IMG/VR virus record: IMGVR_UViG_2690316068_000001 | Location: 1-64,000 of that record | Direction: 5' to 3' (one strand) | From: a virus | Lineage: Duplodnaviria; Heunggongvirae; Uroviricota; Caudoviricetes | Length of the DNA: 64,000 nt | Shown: positions 50,777-60,907 of the stretch, piece by piece | How the letters are laid out: each line of letters opens with the position of its first letter | How positions within the stretch are numbered: the stretch's first letter is position 1 | Notes under the pieces: model-generated | The model's database searches: none | What the model saw: only the letters and a program-made list of their open reading frames with translations | What the model was told of the DNA's origin: nothing | Translations under genes and position numbers: made by a program

Positions 50777-52039
50777 ATGATCACTTCAGCACAAAACCAA
50801 TCAATCGAAAATGTATCTATCCCTGACGTCCTGAATGCCGGTATCCCGGCCATTATCCAGAACATCCGGGCCGCGCAACGCCGCGTTAGTTGTGATGACC
50901 TCACAGCGCGTTTTTTTGATAATGCGGTTCAGTCAGCGGAGATGCTTCACGCACAGCTTATTGATGTTTATAACGCAGAAGCTGATAGCCATAACTCCCT
51001 GGTAGATGCAGCTGAAAATATGCAGTTGGATCTCGGTCTGAAGGGTAAAGAAATTGAAGAGCTTCAGCTACAAATTGAACATTTGAAACGCCAGCAACAG
51101 GACGCGATCGACGATGCGACGCATGACGCCAACCAGCGTGCTGATAATGCCGAACGTATAAGCATTGAGCTGGAAACAAAACTCAATGAAATGACCGCGA
51201 TGGTTGAACTGCGGAACTCACAGATTTCAACGCTAAAATCTCAATATAAAGAGATCATGAAACTTGATCCTTTTAACCTTGAGAAACGCTATAACAAAGC
51301 TAAAAGCGAGCGACAGGAACTGCGTAAGCAGGTCGCCGACCTTAACCAACAGCTCAAAAAAACTATTAAAGATGCAAGCGAAGCGCGCGTGGCATTTGCT
51401 AATAAAAAAGCAGAGGTTACCGCGCTGGTTAATGAGAATGCCAAATTTGCGACGCTCAAGAAGGAAATGTATGGCATTACTGAGCGCCGTTTCCCTGCAA
51501 GCAAACTTCATCCGACGTTAGGGCAAATCTCCTTCTTCCCGCGCCTCCTGGCTTATGGGATCTCATCGCCTAAAGAGTTCAATAACGAGCGTCCTTATAT
51601 CGTTTCTAAGCTGGACTTTGCTTATCAGTTCTGCTGCGACATGGGCTATGCCATTGATATCCGAATCAACGAATGGTTGATGCCAAACTTCCAGCCGTTG
51701 GCAATTTTCCGCGAGTTCCAGCCGGAAGGTTGGGTAGAGTTCTTCCATGAATTGATCTGTAAAGAGATGGAAAGCCGCCGCCCGGAACTGGTCCGCCGTG
51801 TCGAGTGGGCGCAAGAGGTTATGTTGGCAGATGCAGAGCTGCCGTTCGAACCGGAATTTATTGATGATCTGGCAGCTAAAGGGCTGCATACCCTGTTTGA
51901 TGTGGTTACCCGCCGTCATGAGCAGTTGGTTGTCGAATTGGGTTTAGAGGAAACAGCGGCAAGAAGACTTCTCGATGTTTGCTATGCACGTAGCGATGCA
52001 TGGGAAAAAGAGAACGGCGGCACTATTTACGTTCGCTGA
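50777..52039 (+). CDS. Coiled-coil protein with C-terminal globular domain, unknown function
   Basis: 420 aa. Confidence 0.45.
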   Translation: MITSAQNQSIENVSIPDVLNAGIPAIIQNIRAAQRRVSCDDLTARFFDNAVQSAEMLHAQLIDVYNAEADSHNSLVDAAENMQLDLGLKGKEIEELQLQIEHLKRQQQDAIDDATHDANQRADNAERISIELETKLNEMTAMVELRNSQISTLKSQYKEIMKLDPFNLEKRYNKAKSERQELRKQVADLNQQLKKTIKDASEARVAFANKKAEVTALVNENAKFATLKKEMYGITERRFPASKLHPTLGQISFFPRLLAYGISSPKEFNNERPYIVSKLDFAYQFCCDMGYAIDIRINEWLMPNFQPLAIFREFQPEGWVEFFHELICKEMESRRPELVRRVEWAQEVMLADAELPFEPEFIDDLAAKGLHTLFDVVTRRHEQLVVELGLEETAARRLLDVCYARSDAWEKENGGTIYVR

Positions 52040-52111
52040 CAGTTACAGTGTCACTTTTAATGCTGGTGGAGTGCGCCCACCAGCATTTTTTTCGTCCAAT
52101 GAGGAGGGCAT

Positions 52112-52618
52112 TTGAGTATTTTCAATAAACACGCACACCAGGAACGTCCGTATATCGTCATAGTTGATATTGATGGAACAATATCAGAGGCAACTGAAGA
52201 CAGACTGCATTTGCTTCCGCCACCAGGTAAAGGTGCATTAACAAAGGACTGGAACGAGTTTAATCTCGCCTGTGACACCGATACTCCCATCACTCCAGTT
52301 ATTGATATGGTGCGCCAGTTATTTAACGTTTACACGGTCTGGTTTGTAACCGGGCGCTGTGAGATCGCAAGGGATAAAACACGAGCCTGGCTGCGGAAGT
52401 ACGTAACAAACGGGGCAGAGCCTTTGCTATCTATGCGTCCTGCCACCGATGACAGAAATGACGGCCCAGCAAAGATTGATCTCCTTAAGAAAATTGGTCT
52501 AAGTAAAATCGCGTTCGCGCTGGAAGATAAGATTGAAGTGGCGCGTGTTTTCAGGAGGCACGGCGTGCTTACGTTAATGGTCAGGGAGTATGAAAACGCG
52601 CTTCTCCATCAACAATAA
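52112..52618 (+). CDS. pap: HAD-superfamily phosphatase (polynucleotide 3-prime phosphatase-like)
   Basis: 168 aa; DxDGT motif (IVIVDIDGTI) near N-terminus. Confidence 0.65.
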   Translation: MSIFNKHAHQERPYIVIVDIDGTISEATEDRLHLLPPPGKGALTKDWNEFNLACDTDTPITPVIDMVRQLFNVYTVWFVTGRCEIARDKTRAWLRKYVTNGAEPLLSMRPATDDRNDGPAKIDLLKKIGLSKIAFALEDKIEVARVFRRHGVLTLMVREYENALLHQQ

Positions 52619-52634
52619 TTGCTCTAATAAATAT
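52618..52634 (+). promoter_or_regulatory. C1-operator-like 17-mer (attgctctaataaatat)
   Basis: Consensus match overlapping pap stop. Confidence 0.6.
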
Positions 52635-52812
52635 TGATTTTTAAAACAGAGGAAGTGAAAATAAAAACATGCCGCAAGGCGCGGCATGTATCCAATCAAT
52701 CACAGGAGCTGAAAATATGAACACGGCATTCAAAATCATTATGGCCGCGATCTATTTCTGGCTGTTCTCTATCACTTTTGGCGGCATCGTCGCACATGGG
52801 TAAGGGGGATGC

Positions 52813-53394
52813 ATGAAAGGCGAAGTGAAAGAGCGCGGCATGATTTTTAACGATGAGATGGTCCGGGCAATTCTTGGCGGGAATAAAACACAGACTCGCA
52901 GGATTGTTGAAGAAAAATTCTATGGACGGGCAGTGGCCGCAGAGTTGCTTGCCAAGCATTGTCCATATGGTCAACCGGGCGATCGTATTTGGGTTCGCGA
53001 AACCTACCGGGTACATGGCAAAGCGACGGACGTCGCAACGCTGGTTTATCGCGCAAGCGTGCGTAACTCCTGGACAGAACAAACGCACCGGGTTCCGGTC
53101 GAGGTTTGTAATAAACCAGTATCAGAAAAGTGGACGCCATCAATTCACATGCCGCGCTGGGCATCGCGCATTCTTCTGGAAATTACCAACGTGCGCGTTG
53201 AGCGGTTGAACGATATCAGCGAATGCGATGCAAGGGCTGAGGGCGCACCAACAGAATCGACCCTCATTGGCGATAAGCATTACCCAGGTTTCCGTAGCCT
53301 ATGGAAATCAATTTATGGCGAAGATAGTTGGAACGCTAATCCTTGGGTGTGGGTAATAGAGTTTGAGCGTATTCAGGGGGCAACCAGTGAGTGA
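52813..53394 (+). CDS. Hypothetical protein (ASCH/PUA-like, tentative)
   Basis: 193-aa ORF. Confidence 0.35.
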   Translation: MKGEVKERGMIFNDEMVRAILGGNKTQTRRIVEEKFYGRAVAAELLAKHCPYGQPGDRIWVRETYRVHGKATDVATLVYRASVRNSWTEQTHRVPVEVCNKPVSEKWTPSIHMPRWASRILLEITNVRVERLNDISECDARAEGAPTESTLIGDKHYPGFRSLWKSIYGEDSWNANPWVWVIEFERIQGATSE

Positions 53395-53647
53395 GTCAAA
53401 ATGCCAAATTAATGGCAACAAGATAGAACCGTGCGCGGCGTTGGCACAATCCCTGGAGCATGACGCTGAATACACGACGCGAAAAGGTCTGCTGAAATAC
53501 AAAATCTATAACCATGAATTAATTCATTCACAAGACCTGATCATGCTGCGGTCTGGTGAATTTTCTAAATCGCCTATTCGAGTTTCATTTTGCCCGTTCT
53601 GTGGTGAAAGTCTGAAAACGTGGGAAGCGGAGGCAACCAGTGAATAA
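53363..53647 (+). CDS. Small Cys-containing protein
   Basis: 94-aa ORF, CPFCG motif. Confidence 0.35.
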   Translation: MSVFRGQPVSESKCQINGNKIEPCAALAQSLEHDAEYTTRKGLLKYKIYNHELIHSQDLIMLRSGEFSKSPIRVSFCPFCGESLKTWEAEATSE

Positions 53648-54284
53648 CCGCTTTTACATGATGTGCTTGCGTGAAACTGTGGGTAATAACGCCTCATTCC
53701 ATTGCCATAACGGCAATGGTTACAGTTCTGATATCGATCGCGCTCATGTTTACACGCTGGAAGAAGCCCAAAAAGCCTGGAATTGTGGACGAGATATCGA
53801 TCAGCCTGTTTGCGCTGATAGCGTGGATGCAATGGCTGTGTGGCACGTTGATTGCCAGTACATCCCCACAGAAAGCCTGATTGAGTCAGATTGCACTGCG
53901 TATGTGGCCTACAAAAAAGGTAGCTGGAACGGCAACGATGTTTACTGGCTTCAACACGGTGGATTGCCAACAGATGACTTCAGTAAAGCGACCATCTTTA
54001 GCGTCGCCAACAAAAACGAACCAGGAATAGTTTGGTTGCCATTTTCCATTGCTGATGCAGCAAAGCGTCGGACGTTCAATATCAATAACTTTAACCGCAG
54101 AACAATGGTTCAGGGCGCAGGTTTGGTCATGCCTGACTGGTTGAAAGAGCAGAACAGAAGAAAGAAGTCGCGAAGCGGGAAGGTGCGTTGGAATTGTCCG
54201 CATTGCGGAAAAATAACCTGGCAGTACAGCCCATATGATTTTGAAGGCTGTAGTGATTACAACTGTGAAGGATGGCGAGAATGA
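53640..54284 (+). CDS. Hypothetical protein with C-terminal CPHCG…C…C zinc-ribbon-like motif
   Basis: 214-aa ORF. Confidence 0.4.
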   Translation: MNNRFYMMCLRETVGNNASFHCHNGNGYSSDIDRAHVYTLEEAQKAWNCGRDIDQPVCADSVDAMAVWHVDCQYIPTESLIESDCTAYVAYKKGSWNGNDVYWLQHGGLPTDDFSKATIFSVANKNEPGIVWLPFSIADAAKRRTFNINNFNRRTMVQGAGLVMPDWLKEQNRRKKSRSGKVRWNCPHCGKITWQYSPYDFEGCSDYNCEGWRE

Positions 54285-54868
54285 CAATTGACTATCAGGC
54301 ACTGCGTGAGGCGGCAGTTGCAGTAGAAACAGAACCTATGCATCAAAATTTTGTGGCGTTTCGTATGGCGTTCACGCCATCGGTGGCACTGGCACTACTG
54401 GATGAAATTAAGCGGCTGGAAGACACAAATATTGATGCTATGTGCCGTATTGCAGAGCTTGAGACTAATCTCGCGGCGCTGGTGGCAGAGAACGCCGGAC
54501 TGAAACACGCAATGGCCGTAACTCTTGAGCATGTGTCGGTCACGGATGCAGGGCAGGCCGGAGTTGCTGCAATGATTATCAACGATGCCCTGCACCACAG
54601 CGAAACTCCAGCTACCGATGCTTTTCTAGCTGAAGTGAAGACTGAAGCACGCAAGGAAGGCGCTTATTTTGTGGCGAACAGAATGCTGGCTGCCTGGGAA
54701 GCTGGTTTTATTGATGATACTGCGAAGAACGCCGCGGATATTGCCCGGATGATTCTTACCTCTACTGAGTTTATGGCTAATGCGCCGGAAGGCGATTTTG
54801 ACCGCTCATTCTCTGATGGCGTTCTCGAAGATATCGCCGACCAGCTTCGAAAAGGAGGCAACCAGTGA
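54272..54868 (+). CDS. Ead/Ea22-like protein (paralogue 1)
   Basis: N-terminus TIDYQALREAAVA… as in Ea22-like prophage proteins. Confidence 0.5.
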   Translation: MARMTIDYQALREAAVAVETEPMHQNFVAFRMAFTPSVALALLDEIKRLEDTNIDAMCRIAELETNLAALVAENAGLKHAMAVTLEHVSVTDAGQAGVAAMIINDALHHSETPATDAFLAEVKTEARKEGAYFVANRMLAAWEAGFIDDTAKNAADIARMILTSTEFMANAPEGDFDRSFSDGVLEDIADQLRKGGNQ

Positions 54869-55524
54869 GCAAGATTGACTATCAGGCACTGCGTGAGGCG
54901 GCGGAACGTGCAATTCCAGCAATGGAACGCCTGTTAATGTTGCCAGCTGATGATGATTTGTTAAGTGAACAGGAACTTAAAGATTACGGTGTGGATATTG
55001 ATGCGCTCAACGCCTTCAAATTTCTGGCCGGACCAGAAACCGTGCTGGCACTACTGGATGAACGGGAAAGAAACCAGCAATACATCAAACGCCGTGACCA
55101 GGAGAACGAGGATATTGCGCTAACGGTAGGGAAGCTGAGAGTTGAGCTTGAGGAAGCAAAATCAAAACTCAACGAGCAGCGTGAGTATTACGAAGGTGTT
55201 ATCTCGGATGGAAGTAAGCGCATAGCAGAACTGGAAGCGCGGGAAATAAAACCAGCCAAAGGTGAAGTTCTGGTCGTTGTATCTGGTTTTACTGGTTGCG
55301 GAAAAAGCGCCATTGCCGGGGAAATAGAAATCGCGATGAAGGCTATTGGTGTACCGGTTAAGTGGACTAATGGCGATGCAGAAAAGCGCATGACTGGCGC
55401 TGACTGGCTGACTGCGATTGAGATGTACAAACCAACTGTGCGCATCGTGGAAGTTAATGTGCCACGCGCCGCTGGAATTCGCACCAAAGGAGATGCAGGA
55501 GAGCAAAGCGATGAAAAACCGTAA
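54865..55524 (+). CDS. Ead/Ea22-like protein (paralogue 2)
   Basis: N-terminus MSKIDYQALREAAERA…; coiled-coil middle. Confidence 0.5.
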   Translation: MSKIDYQALREAAERAIPAMERLLMLPADDDLLSEQELKDYGVDIDALNAFKFLAGPETVLALLDERERNQQYIKRRDQENEDIALTVGKLRVELEEAKSKLNEQREYYEGVISDGSKRIAELEAREIKPAKGEVLVVVSGFTGCGKSAIAGEIEIAMKAIGVPVKWTNGDAEKRMTGADWLTAIEMYKPTVRIVEVNVPRAAGIRTKGDAGEQSDEKP

Positions 55525-55699
55525 AGCAAAGATTCTGTTAGTTCGTAGAAACGCTCCTGGCGTCTGGCAGTGGGTGAGACTCAGCAACCGACGGATGGGG
55601 TTGATGAAATATTACGGGATGATGGATTGTGGTTTTTGCAAAAAGCCCAGCGCGGCGCAAAACCGCTGGAAAAACCACTTGCGCACTAAAGGAGAGTGA
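55511..55699 (+). CDS. Small hypothetical protein
   Basis: ORF-track frame 55418-55699; likely start MKNRKAKIL at 55511. Confidence 0.3.
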   Translation: MKNRKAKILLVRRNAPGVWQWVRLSNRRMGLMKYYGMMDCGFCKKPSAAQNRWKNHLRTKGE

Positions 55700-55700
55700 T

Positions 55701-55910
55701 ATGGCTATCGCTGCAAGTTACACCATGCATCTCTATTGTGATTGCCTCCAGTGTACAGATGGCAAATATAAGTCGCCAGACTTCGGTGAGTATATAGGTA
55801 CGTCATGGGCTGGCTGTGCAAAAGAGGCGCGCAAGGATGGCTGGCGAATAAGCAAAGACAAAACGCGTGCTTTTGCGCCCGGGCATAAAGTTTTGAGGAT
55901 TAACAAATGA
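55701..55910 (+). CDS. Small Cys-rich protein
   Basis: ORF-track frame 55629-55910; likely start MAIAASYTMHLYCDCLQC at 55701. Confidence 0.3.
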   Translation: MAIAASYTMHLYCDCLQCTDGKYKSPDFGEYIGTSWAGCAKEARKDGWRISKDKTRAFAPGHKVLRINK

Positions 55911-56782
55911 CCACTTTAACCGACAAAGAACTGATTAAAGAAATCAAAGAGCGCATAGGTAGCCTGGATGTGAGAGACAATATTGAGCGCCGTGCTTATG
56001 AAATTGCTCTGGCATCACTGGAGGCAGAGCCAGTGGCAAAAATTATAGCTCACTACCCATTAGGAATTGACGTAGGCAAACAAAAGTTCGTACAGGCCAT
56101 TGGAGAGCTTCCTGACTTTGGAGGACATCTATTCGCCGCTCCACCCGTTCCAGTAGTACCGGAAGAAAAACCAATGCCTAATCCTCTTAGCATGTACGCG
56201 GTTGATGCTGTTGCCGCTATTGCAGAGGTAAGAGGCTGGAACGCCTGCCGCGCCGCCATGCTTCAGTCCGGAAACTTTCGGGAAAACAAGAATTCGTCAA
56301 CCAATAATTTTCGGGAAATCGCGGAAACGTCAACCAACTATCCGGTAATTCCTAGTGAGGTGTTGTCCGCAATCTTGAAGGTTGCCAAGATTCGTGCCGA
56401 TTTCGATGATTTTGACGGTGACAGGCGAGGTATCGGTGATTGTCTGGATGAGGCTGAGCAAGAGCTTATCGTTACCATTAACAAATATGCCAGTCAGTTG
56501 GCAGCAGAACCTATAGCGCCTAATGACGTTCGAGAGCAGACAGCCATTCCGCAAGTTCCGGTAACTCCGGATGGTTGGATAAGCTGTAGTGAGCGAATGC
56601 CGGATACCAAAACAGCCGTTCTTGTTGCCAGGGAGTTTGACAGGAAAGGTGACTGGCGAATGAAATGGGCGACTTACATCCCGGGGCATCCTGACGCTAA
56701 TGATGGGTGGGTAATACCTGGTGCGTCGTGGATTCCATCACACTGGATGCCGCTACCAGAACCGCCGCAGGAGGCGAAATGA
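55907..56782 (+). CDS. DUF551-like C-terminal domain protein
   Basis: 291 aa; C-terminus …GWISCSERMPD…VLVA…WIPSHWMPLPEPP typical of DUF551. Confidence 0.45.
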   Translation: MTTLTDKELIKEIKERIGSLDVRDNIERRAYEIALASLEAEPVAKIIAHYPLGIDVGKQKFVQAIGELPDFGGHLFAAPPVPVVPEEKPMPNPLSMYAVDAVAAIAEVRGWNACRAAMLQSGNFRENKNSSTNNFREIAETSTNYPVIPSEVLSAILKVAKIRADFDDFDGDRRGIGDCLDEAEQELIVTINKYASQLAAEPIAPNDVREQTAIPQVPVTPDGWISCSERMPDTKTAVLVAREFDRKGDWRMKWATYIPGHPDANDGWVIPGASWIPSHWMPLPEPPQEAK

Positions 56783-57039
56783 TGGATGTAAAAGAGAAGG
56801 TTTTGCAGGTGATGCGTTCCCGTGCTGCCCTACAAGAGAAAGCTCTCGGCGGTGAATATCCATTCACGATAGCAACCTGGAATCTGCGGTTGGCAATGGA
56901 GAAGGAATTTCCTGATGAAGAATGGCGCTCGGCAGATTTGCGCAAAATTCTTATGGAGCTGGCTAAAGACGGAACAGTATCCAAAGATACCCATGCCAGC
57001 CGGATTGGTCAGGCGGTATGGAGACTTGAGGTGCGGTAA
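56779..57039 (+). CDS. Small hypothetical protein
   Basis: Likely start MMDVKEK (ORF-track frame from 56707). Confidence 0.35.
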   Translation: MMDVKEKVLQVMRSRAALQEKALGGEYPFTIATWNLRLAMEKEFPDEEWRSADLRKILMELAKDGTVSKDTHASRIGQAVWRLEVR

Positions 57040-57115
57040 TGAGCTGGCCTGAAGCATTTGCGATTGTAGGCGTAGCTATGGCGATTGCCGCTATTTTTAT
57101 CTTCTGGGGGTAACG

Positions 57116-57349
57116 ATGGGAAAATTAACTTTTGTTGTCGAATTTGAGGATGGCAAAGAGCCACCTGTTAGCGCCAATCTTGATGTTGCTGGTGGCAGGC
57201 TGGTTTCGGTTCTATTTGGTGATTACCGCGACGACTTCTTTCAGCCTGAAGAAGTTGATGTAGTGCGAGAAGCATTAAACGAGCTAAGTGTTGATAACGA
57301 TGATGCTCATGCGGAAATCATCAAAAAAATGGAACTGCTAACTCACTAA
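57116..57349 (+). CDS. Small acidic protein
   Basis: 77-aa ORF. Confidence 0.35.
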   Translation: MGKLTFVVEFEDGKEPPVSANLDVAGGRLVSVLFGDYRDDFFQPEEVDVVREALNELSVDNDDAHAEIIKKMELLTH

Positions 57350-57527
57350 ATTATCAATTATGGTGCTATCACCTACGACACCGAGAGAAAATTTATAATG
57401 TCAAAAGTAAATGTTTTGATTTTTTCAGCAATTGTTGGCTTTGGTTTTACTGCCGGAGTGCAGATTTATATTGCGTGGGAAAAAATCATCAACTACGCAT
57501 GGAGTTGTTTTATTAAGTGAGGTAAGT

Positions 57528-57821
57528 ATGTGGAGAGGTAATAGTCATGGCAAAAGCCAGATGATACTTACCGAATATCAGTTTGACCATAAAACCAATA
57601 AATCACGTTCAGTATATTTGCTTCGGCACAATAGCCGCGTAAGGAATACCGTGCTGGAGCAAAATCTGACTGTTGAAATGGATAATTACGGTGGCTTCAA
57701 GCCAACAATTTCGCTTGATGATTTTCCTCGTGGTTTAAGCGAAAGAGAAGCAATGCTGAAATTAGCAGAATGGCTACAAAGATTAAGCATTGCTATTGAA
57801 GATAACTGGTCTGAACCTTAA
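57528..57821 (+). CDS. Hypothetical protein
   Basis: ORF-track frame 57432-57821; start uncertain. Confidence 0.3.
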   Translation: MWRGNSHGKSQMILTEYQFDHKTNKSRSVYLLRHNSRVRNTVLEQNLTVEMDNYGGFKPTISLDDFPRGLSEREAMLKLAEWLQRLSIAIEDNWSEP

Positions 57822-57827
57822 ATTTAT

Positions 57828-58202
57828 ATGATGACACTAAAACATTTTCTTGACCGCCCATTATGGGCGGCAGCCGCAGGCTATGACTTTAATTATATGG
57901 ATTGCATGTCTTATACTGCCAATGCATACGACCATTCGTTCAGCCTGCTGTTTAATTCTTTAAGAATATTGCCGGAAACAGAAGTTGGAGAGCTTCATTT
58001 ATGGCTATTGGGCTTTATCGCGGCTGTCGTTGGTATTGCTGTATGGCCTTTTATTTTCTGGCTGGTGGCTGTTGTAGTGTGGTTTAAGTGCAAGACGTAC
58101 CGGAGAAAGTATTTCTTAGGTGATGGAATGACTGATATTGCCAAAATGAACATTGAAAAATGGACTAAGGAATGTGAAAAGAAATGGCGCAAAAAGAAAT
58201 GA
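57828..58202 (+). CDS. Membrane protein (2 TM)
   Basis: 124 aa; hydrophobic LWLLGFIAAVVGIAVWPFIFWLVAVVVWF. Confidence 0.4.
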   Translation: MMTLKHFLDRPLWAAAAGYDFNYMDCMSYTANAYDHSFSLLFNSLRILPETEVGELHLWLLGFIAAVVGIAVWPFIFWLVAVVVWFKCKTYRRKYFLGDGMTDIAKMNIEKWTKECEKKWRKKK

Positions 58203-59116
58203 CCAGAATCACTGAAGAGCGTATATCAGAGATTATTTCCCGTATCGAAATGTATGGTCACGGTGCTGGATATACGGCAGATGAAGTATTGGCACTTGCC
58301 CAAATGGTTTTGGCGGCTTGCAAAGATGATAAAAAAATGAAGTTTATCGACTTGTTAGTGAAGGAGCTGCCTAAGTGCGGCGGGTGGCCTGATGGAATGA
58401 GTTATTGTTACCTACCCAGTGTCAATTTAATGGCACCATGCGCGACTTTTGCTTTTGGCTCAGACCACAAAAAAGACACTTTCTTTGGGCGCAATTTTTG
58501 TTGTGATATTGAGCTTCCAATTGGTGACCTTGATAGCGATGAATACCAGTCAGTTGTCACTCGCGAACAATACGAATCAGCTCTCATAGCGTCGCAGAAA
58601 GTCGAGTTCAATGGTGATGAACTTGAAAGTAAGACTTACAGGTTGGATTTTGGGCAATGGCTGGAACAGCAACGCGGGAAAATCGATGTGGACTGTGGTT
58701 GTGTGTCCACTGAAACATTCATGCACTGGCTGCGGGTAGCTTACGAGGCTGGCAACTATCCGGATATTCCGGATAGTTCGGTGCCAGCGCCAGGAAAGGG
58801 CGTCACCGGTGAACGTATCCGCATTAAGCCGCATGTTTATCGCGAACTGGTTAACCGTCTCCACGATACAGCGATCAAGTGTGCTGGCACCCAGCAATTA
58901 CGAGAAAGAATTAGCCGTGTTTTGGGCGACGTTATTACGCCATATCATCATAAACAAGCCGAGAAAAGCGGTCTGGAAAGGTGTCATCTTGAGGCAGTAT
59001 TAAACATTAAGCCGGGGCATACGCTTGGCATTATTGATGCACTGTTGGTTCATAAGATGGCCATGGCTTTATTGTCGTTGGTGGACGCTGGTGATACAAG
59101 CGAGGGTGAAGTATGA
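58184..59116 (+). CDS. Hypothetical protein
   Basis: 310-aa ORF. Confidence 0.4.
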   Translation: MAQKEMTRITEERISEIISRIEMYGHGAGYTADEVLALAQMVLAACKDDKKMKFIDLLVKELPKCGGWPDGMSYCYLPSVNLMAPCATFAFGSDHKKDTFFGRNFCCDIELPIGDLDSDEYQSVVTREQYESALIASQKVEFNGDELESKTYRLDFGQWLEQQRGKIDVDCGCVSTETFMHWLRVAYEAGNYPDIPDSSVPAPGKGVTGERIRIKPHVYRELVNRLHDTAIKCAGTQQLRERISRVLGDVITPYHHKQAEKSGLERCHLEAVLNIKPGHTLGIIDALLVHKMAMALLSLVDAGDTSEGEV

Positions 59117-59475
59117 GAGTTGCAGATCACATCAAACACCTTGAAAGAATTATCGAAAACGGTGAACTCTTAAGAGATCAGATGAGACGCACGGCAGAAG
59201 CCAGGGAGGCGATAATCCGCAGTCAGGCTGGTAAATTAAAGCAATTGTCAGAGATTAACACGCTATACAAGAACAGACGTAACCGGGCGGTGATGCGGCT
59301 TCAGAAAGCACGTAATGAAATTAAATTGGTGGAGGCAAAACTGAAAAAACAGATCCAGCGTTACGATCAGCAAGATGCTTTTTATGCCGCCATCAAGGCG
59401 GCTGCTAATGAAATAGGCATCTGGAAGTTGCTGGTGGAGAAAGCAAAGACGAAGTTAAATGCCAACGAAAGCTGA
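59113..59475 (+). CDS. Coiled-coil protein
   Basis: 120-aa ORF. Confidence 0.4.
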   Translation: MRVADHIKHLERIIENGELLRDQMRRTAEAREAIIRSQAGKLKQLSEINTLYKNRRNRAVMRLQKARNEIKLVEAKLKKQIQRYDQQDAFYAAIKAAANEIGIWKLLVEKAKTKLNANES

Positions 59476-59550
59476 ACTACAGGTGCCCACCAGCACATAC
59501 AGAAAATGATTGTTTCCACATCAAGGAGATTTTAATGTTTCACTGAAACA

Positions 59551-59688
59551 TTAAGTAAGCCAGTGCATAATTCCATTTTTTACTGACCTTAAAAGCAAAA
59601 TCAAAACGATGATGAGGATAATAGCCAGAATCTGGCTAATAATAGGCGCATCTAAAAATGCACTCAGGAACTGAAAAAAAGCGTTCAT
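59551..59688 (-). CDS. Small hydrophobic peptide (45 aa), candidate membrane toxin/exclusion peptide
   Basis: MNAFFQFLSAFLDAPIISQILAIILIIVLILLLRSVKNGIMHWLT; SD aggaaccacc; lies in ~1 kb AT-rich stretch without long ORFs; below ORF-track cut-off. Confidence 0.35.
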   Translation of the reverse strand: MNAFFQFLSAFLDAPIISQILAIILIIVLILLLRSVKNGIMHWLT

Positions 59689-60550
59689 TCAGGTGGTTCC
59701 TTGTCAAATGTAAAGGTGCACTTGCTCACGTTGACGTAGAAACCCAACCCCTATATAGTTGGATTCGGTGAATGAAAGTCGTTAACGTGAGCTTACGGCA
59801 CATGTTTTCGGAAAAACATCAGGGAACGGCTAATTCCTTGATGCGGGTGGGGTCTGTAATGCAGACCCTATCTATTAACGTCATGATTGCATCTCAAATT
59901 TTCTCCTTATCTTCAATTAATCTACATTCATTTCATCTGTTAGCCACCACAATATGTAGAAAATGGCCCTCTTGCAAGTGCATAACTTTGTGGATAACTC
60001 AGGAAGGAAAAAGTGGCTTTCGCGCACCTTCGGTCAGACAAGGTGTCCGGGAAAGTCAACGCAAAGAAAAAAATTGTTAAAAATAACGTTTGTTGGAATT
60101 GTATATTTCTATCCCCTTCAATGGTTAGCATTCTATTAACATCTTTTTTTAGAGACAGAAAAACATATCGTAACAACATATATACAGTATTAAGAGGCGA
60201 GTATTATCCTGCGGTGGGAATTCTGGGTGCTGTTAGATTCGACTTTCTCAGCAGGATTACATCGTCAACTTGCGACGTTGCCGTATGACTTTCGTGTAAT
60301 AGGTGACAATGATGCGGCTAGTGAGTTACTTGTGAAGTTTTTCGGAAAAGGTTTTGTGGCCTCGGATCTTGATGAGCTACAGCAACATGAAGTGTCTAAT
60401 TTGATTTTTAGCCATAGCCAATAAGCCTCCCTCCTCCATCAAGGCCACAATTTGTGACCTTAAACAATTTGTTTTCTGCTTTTTCTTATTTGAGGAAATA
60501 ACGTTGTTGACAGCTAATAGGCTCGTTGTTGTTATACATGCCTGTATAGA

Positions 60551-60907
60551 TTATGACCGTAAATTATTAGCGGATTTTAAGCCATATTCACCGTTGTAGA
60601 AATTACTCATGTTCCATTCATTAGGAAGTTCTTTTCTGTCCAATGTATAGTGGCGCACGATATAACGATCTTCATCTTCTTCGATGGACAGGCGGACATA
60701 GCCAATGTGAATCACCGATACGGGCGGTGTTCGTATTGCATAGATGTCGCGGAGATATACCGGCAGCTCGACAAATGCATCAGGTGCATCTGTGATGCTC
60801 GTTTTTTCACAGTATTCATATAACGCATCGTTGATATCGTTAAGAGATTCATGATCGTATATTTCCAGGTAATTACCGCGATCACGATGGTACTCGATTT
60901 TAGCCAT
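60551..60907 (-). CDS. Hypothetical protein (AT-rich gene)
   Basis: 118-aa ORF; abuts the upstream ORF stop. Confidence 0.45.
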   Translation of the reverse strand: MAKIEYHRDRGNYLEIYDHESLNDINDALYEYCEKTSITDAPDAFVELPVYLRDIYAIRTPPVSVIHIGYVRLSIEEDEDRYIVRHYTLDRKELPNEWNMSNFYNGEYGLKSANNLRS

